This document shows, in pieces, positions 1 through 12,589 of a stretch of 64,000 nt of DNA. Location of the stretch: contig OZ024764.1 in assembly GCA_964016885.1 (NCBI GenBank), positions 10,292,001-10,356,000 of the forward strand, given 5' to 3'. The stretch is from Eledone cirrhosa (lineage: Eukaryota). A program made the position numbers and the translations under genes. Numbering within the stretch: position 1 is the stretch's first letter; each line of letters begins with the position of its first letter. The notes under the pieces are model-generated. The model was given only the letters and a program-made list of their open reading frames with translations. It searched no databases and was not told the DNA's origin.

Positions 1-435
1 GGGGGTATATCTCCAAAACCATAGGAGTTTGTGAACAAACACAGGAACTACAACTTTATATATATATCATCATCCTCGTTTAACGTCCATTTTCCACGCT
101 AGCATGGGTATATATTATATATAATATGTATATAAATGGACATGTTGTTTCCTTGAGCAAGAGACTTTATTTCACATTGCTTCAGTTTACTCAGCTGTAG
201 GAATGAGATGATAGGACTGGGGTCCCTATCATTCCACTGCAAAGTGGTAGTGGAGGTGCCACGGCAAAAAAGCACCCAGCACTCACTGTAAATGAGGTTG
301 GTGTTAGGAAGGGCATCCAGCTGTAGAAATCAAGCCAGATTCAATTTCCGTCCCACCCTTGCAAGCAGGGAAAAGCGGACGTAAAATGAAATGATGATTA
401 AATGATGATGATAATATATAATATATTTATATTAT

Positions 436-1172
436 ATATCATCATCATCGTTTAATGTCCATTTTCCATGTTAGCATGGGTAGGATGGGTTGACCCTTTT
501 GGGGAATCAGCTCAGAGGACTGTGCTATGCTCACCTGGGGCTGATTTTGGCTGGATGCCAACCATATTTACAGTGTGTGCTGGGTGCTTTTTGTCGAGTC
601 ACCTACATGACCAATTTACAGGGTAGACTGGGCACTTTTTGTGGGAAGGGAACTAGGGAGGGTGGGGGAAGAAGTTTATGGCGTGGAATAGGAATTAAGG
701 AGTGTGGTGGAGGATGGCTTGGAGAATTTGGGAGTGTAGATAATAGGGGAGGGATGGTTACAGCGATGGGAGGTGGATGGAAGGGGAGAAGGTAGAGATA
801 GGTGTTGCCTATTAGATATATGCCTCAGCTCAAGCATATGTGAGGGCGGGTCTTCTGTAGTAATGCATAGCCCCAGAGGTCACGGTCCTGTGTCCTCACC
901 TTGGTGAGGTGTAATTGTGCAAGGTCAGCTTTTATCACCTCATCCAAAGTCTTCCTAGGCCTACCCACACCTTGGCTACCATCAACTTTGAGTGCTCTGC
1001 ACCTTTTTATACAGCTGTCATCCTTCATACCCATCACATGTCCATACCAATGCAATCTCCTCTCCGACACACAACAACTGATCCCTCTTATGCCTAATTT
1101 CTCACGCAGTACATTTATACTTTGCCATTCACGTATACTGCAATTGCACATCCATCGAAGCATGGAAGCTTC
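436..1172 (-). mobile_element. RTE 3' fragment with UTR (duplicated at 18966-19702)
   Basis: EASMLRWMCN...LREKLGIRGI...RRLHWYGHVM...GRPRKT; (GAT)n tail. Confidence 0.85.
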
Positions 1173-2339
1173 ATATATATAGTAATAATTATAAATTTGA
1201 AGACTAAAATCCAAAGAGGGCTCGATAAGGATAAATATATATCAAATATATAAGAACCATAGAGCAAATATTTATTAAAATAACAGATTAAAGTTTAAGC
1301 AAAGAATCGCTGCTTTCACCCATAAAAAAGTTTCAGAAGATCCCGTTAAGGATGAAAGCAGCGATTCTTTGCTTAAACTTTAATCTGTTATTTTAATATA
1401 TATATATATCTAGGGTGGGTGAAATTCCCGAGATCCCTATGTCAAACTCAGTCTCCCTCTTCTCGTGTGTCCGTGCAGGGGCTCCCACAGGACCACTGAG
1501 TGCAGTGTCAACTCTGCATGTCCAGCTAACCTCAGTCTGCCCTTTAACTTACGAGCTGACGGTGTTTTTATTTGGGGGGGGGGGGGCTCCCGTACAGCTC
1601 TGAGTTCTTCATCCTCAGTGTATATAATATATAACAAAGAGGGTGTGATAAGATACCAGGTGGACCATAATGTATCAGAGTACTCAATACTTAGGGTTGT
1701 AGAGTGGATATTAGGAACAGAGGCAGGACCCCGACGGCTGAGCTCTGGCCGTTTCGATAGCTAAGATCCGAACTGGTGGATTAAAAATCTAATAAGAAAC
1801 AGGAGCTTGGTAGTAGTGCCGGGATTTAAGTGTGGTATGGGTCGAAGGGTGTTCCATTACGGAAGTAGGAGCTAAAGAACAAAGATACAAGGTGGATCAT
1901 AACACAGCAGAGTACTCGATACTTAGGGCAGCAGAACTCAGCCGTCGGGGTCCTGACTCTTTTCCTATATAATATATATAGCTTCCGATATCTAGGTGGT
2001 CAGATTAACAAGGGGGGAGGATGCTCAGAGGCCATCGTATCTAGAATAAAGACAGGATGGAACAAGTTTAGCGAGGTGTTTCCTCTGTTGACAACGAAGG
2101 GTTTCTCCCTACGAACGAAAGGTCGGTTGTATGATGCCTGTGTGAGATATAGGTAGCAACAGCTAGAAATAAAACAGTAAAATAACTCACTTATTCGGTT
2201 AAATCCTTCACAATTAAACGAGAAATATTTCTAACACGTGTTTCTAGTAAGTTTACACTTTCAATATCCGGTAGAGGGAATTACAAAATCTGGAATCATT
2301 TAACGAAACGAAACTTTGTAATGAAAAACGAAATACAAA

Positions 2340-2900
2340 TAGTAAATTTTTATTTTTATTAAATAAAATACCAGTAATTCACTGTGGTCAATTTAATCAA
2401 CTTTCGTCTCTCTCCCCACAAAAAATAATTGCTGCTCTTGTGGTGCTAAATCAGGAACCATTTTAGTAATAATTGTTTCAACTTTGGGCACAAGGCCAGC
2501 AATTACACCAGTGCAGCACTGGTACTTTATTTTATCGACCCCGTAAGGATGAAAGGTAAAGTTAACCTCGGTGGGATTTGAACTCACACCGTATAGGGAC
2601 GTAACTCTATGCTGCAAAGCATGGCGTCCGACCCTGCCAATAACTTTAGGCTGGTGGTGGTAGATTGGCAGCAGAATCGGTAGAGCGCCGGACAACATGC
2701 TTTGTGGCATAGAGTTATGTCTCTTTACGTTCTGAGCTAAAATCTCACTGAAGTTAACTTTGCCTTTCATCCTTACGGGGTGGTTAAAATAAATTACCAG
2801 TAATGTACTGATGTCAATTTAATCGACTTTAACCCACCACACACACACACACACACACAAATAAATTGCCGGCCTTGTTCCTAAATCAGAAACAATAACT
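2340..2900. mobile_element. Head-to-head copies of a second SINE family (also 20870-21440, 40275-40460, 6600-6750, 25225-25375)
   Basis: Shared gcctttcatccttacggggtcgataaaataaagtaccag motif, resembling the Meta/Sauria-type SINE centre, on opposite strands. Confidence 0.6.
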
Positions 2901-3209
2901 ATAATTTAAAGGCCGTGAAATCTGAAACCATACAGGTCTCTATTTTGACCCCTATCTCTTTCGATGCTCTTAGCATCACCACAGCTATTTCTGATGGTCC
3001 CTCAGCTATACCACATTTAATCTCATTGGTTGAGTCTTTGACCCTAAAACAATCAACTTTAACCCTTAGCATTGACATTACTCTATATATACTATTGTAT
3101 TTTCTCAGTAAAGGCTTTACCTCACATAACATTTACATTACTCTATATATACTATTGTATTTTCTCACTAAAGGCTTTACCTCACATAGCATTTACATTA
3201 CTCTATAAA

Positions 3210-3575
3210 TATATGTAAGTATGTAGCTATGACTGCTATTTCTAGCAGGTTTATGGCTGTCCTGTAGACGCACAATAAAAACCGGAAGTGGCAGCCATTA
3301 AAAAACTTTGGCTTAAAATCAGCCAAAAGATTTTCAATAATAGTAAAATTTTATTTTTGACAAGGACGATAACTTTTGCCTTACTTAATCGCAAAAATCG
3401 AGGCAAAAATTTTGCGGGTGTGCAGTTTACACGTTAAAAATAAACCTGCTAGAAATAGCAGTCATAGCAACTCACTTACATATATTTATATATCATATAT
3501 ATATATATATATATGATATATATGGACACTTTAGAAATAGCAGCAAATAACAGAAAGAAGGACACACACACACAC

Positions 3576-3608
<33 letters not shown>

Positions 3609-3635
3609 TATATATATATGCCCCAGCACACACAC

Positions 3636-3689
<54 letters not shown>

Positions 3690-4090
3690 GCCCCAGCATA
3701 AACACACACACATATATATATATATGCCCCAGCATGGTGTTGGTCGATCGTCTAACTAAGGCCAATAATAAAATACTTCAAAATAAATTAAACACCCCTA
3801 AATCCGAGGTTACAACTTGGATTACTTAAAAGTCAGTAAAGCTGTAAAGATTCTATATTGTAAATAGGTGGTCGCAGGTTCGAATCCAGGCAAATCCTGA
3901 GAAAAATAACAAAAAGAAGGACAATGTAAAAATAGCAGCCATAGACGAGAGGAGGACACACACAAACACATACATGTATATATATATGTGTGTGTGTATA
4001 TGTTTGGCTGCTATATATATAGCGGTCAACACACACACACTCATATATATAGACACACACACACGTACATATGTAAGTGTGTGTGTTTGG

Positions 4091-4126
<36 letters not shown>

Positions 4127-5570
4127 AACAAAAGATGGTTAAAAGAGTTCCATGTATTTTATTATGCGCATTTCAAAAACAAATATCATCATGCAATAAT
4201 ATTTGTGCTTTCATCAGATAAAACAGGAAGACATGAAATGAAGGTTAAAAAGCACTTGTGGATAGTTCAGTTTTAAATCAACATATCATATATATATATG
4301 TTATATAAATATATGTGAGTTGCTATGACTGCTATTTCTAGCAGGTTTATTTTTAGCGTGTAAACTGCACACCCGCAAAATTTTTGCCTCGATTTTTGCG
4401 ATTAAGTAAGACAAAAGTTATCGTCCTTGTCAAAAATAAAATTTTACTATTATTGAAAATCTTTTGGCTGATTTCAAGCCAAAGTTTTTTAATGGCTGCC
4501 ACTTCCGGTTTTTATTGTGCGTCTACAGGACAGCCAGAAACCTACTAGAAATAGCAGTCATAACAACACACTTATGTATATTTATATATCAGGGATTCTC
4601 AACGAAGGGTGCACGCCCCACAGGGGGCAATTTGAATGTAATAGGGGCCAATTAGAAAGTGATATAATACGACCAAACTTCCAGTTACACTTTGTTCACA
4701 TGTTATCGTGTATCTGGCAGCAGCTACGAGAAGTTTGTTTTGATCATCGCGGCATCGTAGCTTTGTTTAATTAAAGCATTTCTACTTTATATTACAGTAG
4801 TAACACTTTTACAAGACTCGGTTTATTTCTTCTATATTAAAGGGGAACATAAATCTAATTTTTAAACGTTGAGGTGGGGCATGGAGCAAAAAAAGGTTTG
4901 GAACTACTGAAGACAACAAATCATCGTTTTTATTATTGTAATATATATATATTTATTTAATTATATTTATATATGTGTACAGCAGCCAAACACTCATACA
5001 TATAAGTGTGTGTGTGTGTGTCCTTCTTTCTTATGTTCGCTGCTATTTCTAAAGTGTCCATATATGCTAGAAATAGCAGTCAAATACCAACAAACAATAC
5101 CAAATAAGGACTAAACAAACTGCACACTCGCAAAATTTTCGTCTCGATTTTTGCGTATTTTGAAGTATTTTATTATTGGCCTTAGTTAGACGATCGACCA
5201 AGGCCATATATATATGTGTGTGTGTGTGTCCTTCTTTCCGTTATTCGCTGCTATTTCTAAAGTGTCCATATATATATATATATATATATATATGATATAT
5301 AAATATATGTAAGTGAGTTGCTATGACTGCTATTTCTAGCAGGTTTATTTTTAGCGTGTAAACTGCACACCCGCAAAATTTTTGCCTCGATTTTTGCGAT
5401 TAAGTAAGACAAAAGTTATCGTCCTTGTCAAAAATAAAATTTTACTATTATTGAAAATCTTTTGGCTGATTTTAAGCCAAAGTTTTTTAATGGCTGCCAC
5501 TTCCGGTTTTTGTTGTGCGTCTACAGGACAGCCAGAAACCTGCTAGAAATAGCAGTCATAACAACACACT
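3210..5570. mobile_element. Cluster of MITE-like elements of ~250 bp (3222-3472, 4316-4567, 5313-5563); repeated at 21760-24150
   Basis: Each copy is bounded by ~30-bp inverted repeats gctatgactgctatttctagcaggttt / aaacctgctagaaatagcagtcatagc; no coding capacity. Confidence 0.7.
4155..4225 (-). ncRNA. Minimal type I hammerhead ribozyme motif
   Basis: TGTTTTAT-CTGATGA-aagcACAAATATtattgcatgatgATATTTGTtttt-GAAA-TGCGCA-TA^ATAAAATA; long stem II, palindromic stem III TGCGCA. Confidence 0.75.
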
Positions 5571-5966
5571 TATGTATATTTATATATCAGGGATTCTCAA
5601 CGAAGGGTGCACGCACCACAGGGGGCAATTTGAATATAATAGGGGCCAATTAGAATATAATAGAGACCAAACTCCCAGTTACACTTCGCCTACACAGGTA
5701 ATCGTGTATCTGGCAGCAGCTACGAGAAGTTTGTTTACATTTTGATCATCGCTGCATCGTAGCTTTGTTTAATTAAAGGATTTTTATTTTATATTACAGT
5801 AATAACGCTTTTACAAGGCTCATCTTATTTTTATATTAAAGAGGAACATAAACATATTTTAGATGTTGAGGTGGGGCATGTAGCAGAAAGGGTTGGGAAC
5901 CACTGATATATATTTATTTATTTATGTCCATTCTGTTGTTTTTATTTCCTTCTCTGGGATTCTAGC

Positions 5967-6031
<65 letters not shown>

Positions 6032-6864
6032 CATATATATGGAATTCAATGTCACTTGACCCAAACTCGAAAAAGCCGTCGCTGATCGTTGGGTTTATAA
6101 TTAAACTAAAGTGCTTCCAGTGTGCACCATAAGGTGATCATGATCGTTGGCGGCTGTTTACTGCATTGAGAGAGCCTAAGTCTAAAAGATATATATATAT
6201 ATAGCTGTCGAAACGGCCAGAGCTCAGCCGTCGGGGTCCAGAATATTTTCATATATATATGTGTGTGTGTGTGTGTATTCTGTGACATTTGTATTTATAA
6301 ATATATAAATAAGTATGTAATTATTTGAATAATAAAATCTGAGGTTTAAATATTTTATTTATTACCAATAACATTAAGAAAGGCATGAACACCACACCTT
6401 TTACTTCAATTTTGAAAGTAGGTTTATAAATATTAAATTTCATTAAACATTTGTAGCTGCTATGGTGGCTTGGTGGGAAATACCAGAAGCACTGGTGACC
6501 CTGGACTACGGTTCAATCCTGGGTGGGAAAAACTCACATATTAGACTTATTCAATATTTTTTTATTCTCAATTCTAGAGATAAATACATGTACATAAAGT
6601 AAATTGGTAGAGTCGTTAGAACATCAGATAGAATTCTTTGTAGTATTTTTTCCACTTCTCTGCTCTAAGTCCAAATCCCGCTGAGTTCAAATTTACTTTT
6701 CATCCATTCAGGGTTGATAACAAAGTACCATTCACGTACTAGGGTCAATTCTTCATTTTTATCTCTTTTTCACTCTCTATCCTTCTCTGGAAGAAATCTG
6801 TTTTATTCAGACCTGGAGCGGAGATGTGCTCTGCCAGGTTTTATAATGAGTATGTGTCTTACTG

Positions 6865-9800
6865 AGGTCTGTGCCCTAGTTGGCTGGGTGTCCTAAGTGG
6901 CTCTGTCTCACTAAGGTCTGTACCCTAGGTGGCTGGGTGTCTCTCTAAGGTATGTGTCCTAAGTGGCTCTGTGTCTCTCTGAGGTTTGTACCCTAGGTGG
7001 CTCTGTGTCTAGCTAAAGGTCTGTACCCTAGGTAGCTGGGTGTCTCACTAAGGTCTGTACCCTAGGTGGCTGGGTGTCTCTCTAAGGTCTGTATCCTAGG
7101 TGGCTCTGTCTCTCTAAGATCTGTACCCTCGGTGGCTCTGTGTCTCTCTGAGGTGTGTACCCTAGGTGGCTCTATGTCTCTCTAAAGTCTGTACCCTAGG
7201 TGGCTCTGTGTCTCTCTCAGGTCTGTACCCTAGGTGGCTCTGTGTCTCTCTCAGGTCTGTACCCTAGGTGGCTCTGTGTCTCTCTGAGGTCTGTACACTA
7301 GGTGGCTCTGTGTCTCTCTAAAGTCTGTACCCTAGGTGGCTCTGTGTCTCTCTGAGGTCTGTACCCTAGGTGGCTCTGTGTCTCTCTCAGGTCTGTACCC
7401 TAGGTGGCTCTGTGTCTCTCTCAGGTCTGTACCCTAGGTGGCTCTGTGTCTCTCTCAGGTCTGTACCCTAGGTGGCTCTGTGTCTCTCTCAGGTCTGTAC
7501 CCTAGGTGGCTCTGTGTCTCTCTCAGGTCTGTACCCTAGGTGGCTCTGTGTCTCTCTAAAGTCTGTACCCTAGGTGGCTCTGTGTCTCTCTGAGGTCTGT
7601 ACCCTAGGTGGCTCTGTGTCTCTCTCAGGTCTGTACCCTAGGTGGCTCTGTGTCTCTCTAAAGTCTGTACCCTAGGTGGCTCTGTGTCTGTCTCAGGTCT
7701 GTACCCTAGGTGGCTCTGTGTCTCTCTAAAGTCTGTACCCTAGGTGGCTCTGTGTCTCTCTCAGGTCTGTACCCTAGGTGGCTCTGTGTCTCTCTAAAGT
7801 CTGTACCCTAGCTGGCTCTGTGTCTCTCTGAGGTCTGTACCCTAGGTGGCTCTGTGTCTCTCTCAGGTCTGTACCCTAGGTGGCTCTGTGTCTCTCTCAG
7901 GTCTGTACCCTAGGTGGCTCTGTGTCTCTCTCAGGTCTGTACCCTAGGTGGCTCTGTGTCTCTCTAAAATCTGTACCCTAGGTGGCTCTGTGTCTCTCTG
8001 AGGTCTGTACCCTAGGTGGCTCTGTGTCTCTCTAAAGTCTGTACCCTAGGTGGCTCTGTGTCTCTCTCAGGTCTGTACCCTAGGTGGCTCTGTGTCTCTC
8101 TGAGGTCTGTACCCTAGGTGGCTCTGTGTCTCTCTCAGGTCTGTACCCTAGGTGGCTCTGTGTCTCTCTAAAGTCTGTACCCTAGGTGGCTCTGTGTCTC
8201 TCTCAGGTCTGTACCCTAGGTGGCTCTGTGTCTCTCTAAAGTCTGTACCCTAGGTGGCTCTGTGGTCTGTACCCTAGGTGGCTCTGTGTCTCTCTGAGGT
8301 CTGTACCCTAGCTGGCTCTGTGTCTCTCTCAGGTCTGTACCTAGGTGGCTCTGTGTCTCTCTGAGGTCTGTACTCTAGGTGGCTCTGTGTCTCTCTCAGG
8401 TCTGTACCTAGGTGGCTCTGTGTCTCTCTGAGGTCTGTACACTAGGTGGCTCTGTGTCTCTCTAAAGTCTGTACCCTAGGTGGCTCTGTGTCTCTCTGAC
8501 GTCTGTACCCTAGGTGGCTCTGTGTCTCTCTCAGGTCTGTACCCTAGGTGGCTCTGTGTCTCTCTCAGGTCTGTACCCTAGGTGGCTCTGTGTCTCTCTC
8601 AGGTCTGTACCTTAGGTGGCTGGGTGTCTCTCTAAGGTCTGTACCCTAGGTGGCTCTGTGTCTCTCTCAGGTCTGTACCCTAGGTGGCTCTGTGTCTCTC
8701 TAAGGTCTGTACCCTAGGTGGCTCTGTGTCTCTCTCAGGTCTGTACCCTAGGTGGCTCTGTGTCTCTCTGAGGTCTGTACCCTAGGTGGCTCTGTGTCTC
8801 TCTGAGGTCTGTACCCTAGGTGGCTCTGTGTCTCTCTGAGGTCTGTACCCTAGGTGGCTCTGTGTCTCTCTCAGGTCTGTACCCTAGGTGGCTGGGTGCC
8901 TCTCTCAGGTCTGTACCTTAGGTGGCTGGGTGTCTCTCTAAGGTCTGTACCCTAGGTGGCTCTGTGTCTCTCTCAGGTCTGTACCCTAGGTGGCTCTGTG
9001 TCTCTCTCAGGTCTGTACCCTGGGTGGCTCTGTGTCTCTCTGAGGTCTGTACCTTAGGTGGCTGGGTGTCTCTCTAAGGTCTGTACCCTAGGTGGCTCTG
9101 TGTCTCTCTCAGGTCTGTACCCTAGGTGGCTCTGTGTCTCTCTGAGATCTGTACCCTAGGTGGCTCTGTGTCTCTCTCAGGTCTGCACCTACGTGGCTCT
9201 GTGTCTCTCTCAGGTCTGTACCCTAGGTGGCTCTGTCTCTCTCAGGTCTGTACCCTAGGTGGCTCTGTGTCTCTCTCAGGTCTGTACCCTAGGTGGCTCT
9301 GTGTCTCACTGAGGTCTGTACCCTAGGTGGCTGTGTCTCTCTGAGGTCTGTACCCTAGGTGACTCTGTGTCTCTCTCAGGTGTGTACCCTAGGTGGCTCT
9401 GTGTCTCTCTCAGGTCTGTACCCTAGGTGGCTCTGTGTCTCTCTCAGGTCTGTACCCTAAGTGGCTCTGTGTCTCTCTCAGGTCTGTACCCTAGGTGGCT
9501 CTGTGTCTCTCTCAGGTCTGTACCCTAGGTGGCTCTGTGTCTCTCTCAGGTCTGTACCCTAGGTGGCTGGGTGTCTCTCTCAGGTCTGTACCTTAGGTGG
9601 CTGGGTGTCTCTCTAAGGTCTGTACCCTAGGTGGCTCTGTCTCTCTCAGGTCTGTACCCTAGGTGGCTCTGTGTCTCTCTCAGGTCTGTACCCTAGGTGG
9701 CTCTGTGTCTCTCTGAGATCTGTACCCTAGGTGGCTCTGTGTCTCTCTGAGGTCTGTACCCTAGGTGGTTCTGTGTCTCTGAGGTCTGAATCCTAGGTGG
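6865..9800. repeat. 34-bp minisatellite, roughly 85 copies (short version at 25488-26102)
   Basis: Unit GTCTGTACCCTAGGTGGCTCTGTGTCTCTCTCAG. Confidence 0.97.
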
Positions 9801-10189
9801 CTGCCAGGCTGAACTTAATGGGTGGCTCCAGTCCCTGTGTAAAATATATAAAACACAATATATATAATATATATGTAAACATAATGTATATATAACATGA
9901 TGTATATAATGTATATATAATATGATATGTAATGTATATATAATTCAATATATAATGGATATATAAGACAATATATAATGTATATATGAGACATATATAT
10001 ATAATGTATATATAACATACTATATATAATGCAGGATATATAAATTGTATATATATAACCATACATATACATATATATTCTGAGGTCAACGATTTCAGAC
10101 GTCTGTGTCGTCCTCGTCTTCGTGAAACCTTTGGTAAATGGAATAATTGTCTTATGTTGTATATATAATTAAATTAAAAATCGATTGAC

Positions 10190-10221
<32 letters not shown>

Positions 10222-10439
10222 AACACATCAAACAATTACAGGGGATAATTTGTAAAGAGTGTAAACACACATAGTTACGTAGGTAACACATTAAAATTTA
10301 ACGAGAACCTCAAATATAAATACCTTGCAATAATGATTAATCTCCTTTGTAAAAATTTCATTAAAGAAATATATTTCACCATTAATCGGCAAATCACAGA
10401 TGTTAAATCTTGGATAATCCACAAAGGAGGCATCTACTA

Positions 10440-11900
10440 AACTCTGAACACCTTGCTTGCCTGGACATGGATACATTGAAGCTCTGATGTCTGACAACTG
10501 ACTTGGTAAACACCCACAAAATTATTAACCATCTTGACAACAACCCTGAACAACTTTTTGATTCCCATGTGTCTAACACACGCGGGCATGCCTACAAATT
10601 CAGAAAACAGCACAGCTACCATGACTTTCAGAAACATCTTTTCACACCCAGAGTTGCTGAAGCATGGAACAAACTACCTGCATCAGTTGTTAGCTCTCGA
10701 GACACTGCATCTTTTAAAACTTCCATGGAACAAACTACCTGCATCAGTTGTTAGCTGTCGAGACACTGCATCCTTTAAAACCTCCATGGAACAAACTACC
10801 TGCATCAGTTGTTAGCTGTCGAGACACTGCATCCTTTAAAACCTCCATGGAACAAACTACCTGCATCAGTTGTTAGCTGTCAAGACACTGCATCCTTTAA
10901 AACCTCCATGGAACAAACTACCTGCATCAGTTGTTAGCTGCCGAGACACTGCATCCTTTAAAACCTCCATGGAACAAACTACCTGCATCAGTTGTTAGCT
11001 GTCGAGACACTGCAGCCTTTAAAACCTCCATGGAACAAACTACCTGCATCAGTTGTTAGCTGCCGAGACACTGCATCCTTTAAAACCTCCATGGAACAAA
11101 CTACCTGCATCAGTTGTTAGCTGTCGAGACACTGCATCCTTTAAAACCTCCATGGAACAAACTACCTGCATCAGTTGTTAGCTGTCGAGACACTGCATCC
11201 TTTAAAACCTCCATGGAACAAACTACCTGCATCAGTTGTTAGCTGTCGAGACACTGCATCCTTTAAAACCTCCATGGAACAAACTACCTGCATCAGTTGT
11301 TAGCTGTCAAGACACTGCATCCTTTAAAACCTCCATGGAACAAACTACCTGCATCAGTTGTTAGCTGCCGAGACACTGCATCCTTTAAAACCTCCATGGA
11401 ACAAACTACCTGCATCAGTTGTTAGCTGTCGAGACACTGCAGCCTTTAAAACCTCCATGGAACAAACTACCTGCATCAGTTGTTAGCTGCCGAGACACTG
11501 CATCCTTTAAAACCTCCATGGAACAAACTACCTGCATCAGTTGTTAGCTGTCGAGACACTGCATCCTTTAAAACCTCCATGGAACAAACTACCTGCATCA
11601 GTTGTTAGCTGTCGAGACACTGCAGCCTTTAAAACCTCCATGGAACAAACTACCTGCATCAGTTGTTAGCTGTCGAGACACTGCAGCCTTTAAAACCTCC
11701 ATGGAACAAACTACCTGCATCAGTTGTTAGCTGTTGAGACACTGCATCTTTTAAAATTCCATGCTTCCTGAAATTCGCCAACACCACACCTAATATTCCC
11801 CCTCCATACACACACACACATGCATATCATGACTTATACACTGTTCACTTTCCTGACATTTGTACCTTATTCTATGTACTATACATTATATATTATTATT
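10440..11900 (+). mobile_element. CR1/L2-like LINE 3' end with an internal 18 x 61-bp expansion (10663-11760)
   Basis: TRGHAYKF...FTPRVAEAWNKLPASVVS.RDTASFK resembles the CR1-type RT C-terminal motif; the 61-bp period is seen directly. Confidence 0.8.
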
Positions 11901-12589
11901 ATTCACTATCTGTGATTACAGACTAAAAGCAAATCTGGAAATGATAGCGGGTATGGCGCATGTTTCTAATATTCTCAGACAAAAGATCCTTGATTTATTT
12001 TTGGTTATATATATATATATTAATTCTAACAAGCCAGACAAATAGAATTCATACAATATCATCATCGTTTAACATATGTCTTCCATGCTAGCATGGGTTG
12101 GACGGGAATTGTCCCATTTGAGGCAAGATTGATCGGGTGACCGTGTCTCACTATATCTGGCAGGTTTTCTATGGATGGATGCCCTTCCTAACACCAACCA
12201 CACTTCCATTGTGGACTGGGAGTCTTTTTACTGTCTCTTACATGACCACTTTACAGCATGGACTGGGTGCTTTTTGTCGTGACACCTACATGACCACTTT
12301 AGTGTGGGCTGGGTGGTTTTTGTCGTGTCGCCCACATGACCACTTTACAGTGTGGATTGGGTGACTTTAGTTGTGACACCTACATGACCACTTTACTGTG
12401 GACTGGGTGATTTTTGCTGACACCTACATAACCACTTTACAGTGTGGACTGGGTGCTTTGTGTTGTGTCACTTGCACAACCTCTTTAGTTTGGAATAAAG
12501 CGGTTGTGTAGGTGCAATAAGGATTAATCTACTTTGTATATATTCCATTGAAGAAATATATTTCACCGCCATTGCCCCCAAACAGCTGA

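Larger units (their letters stand above)
1..7150 (+). repeat. Segmental duplication, copy A (probably extends left of the window)
   Basis: Colinear and nearly identical to 18531-25800, starting offset 18,530. Confidence 0.95.

Noticed and set aside
1405-1970. GC-richer unique-looking segment as a host exon
   Set aside because: No recognisable protein, and its gaccccgacggctgagctc motif recurs at 6203-6240, 24825-24860 and 62283-62320, so it is a dispersed repeat.
6865-9800. 34-bp repeats as a CRISPR array
   Set aside because: Units are head-to-tail with no unique spacers, there are no cas genes, and the context is eukaryotic.
10085-10130. Hammerhead-like remnants on the minus strand here and near 2230-2270, 35083-35125 and 47785-47820
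   Set aside because: GAAA and a stem or palindrome are present but the CUGAnGA core is mutated or missing; decayed copies at best.
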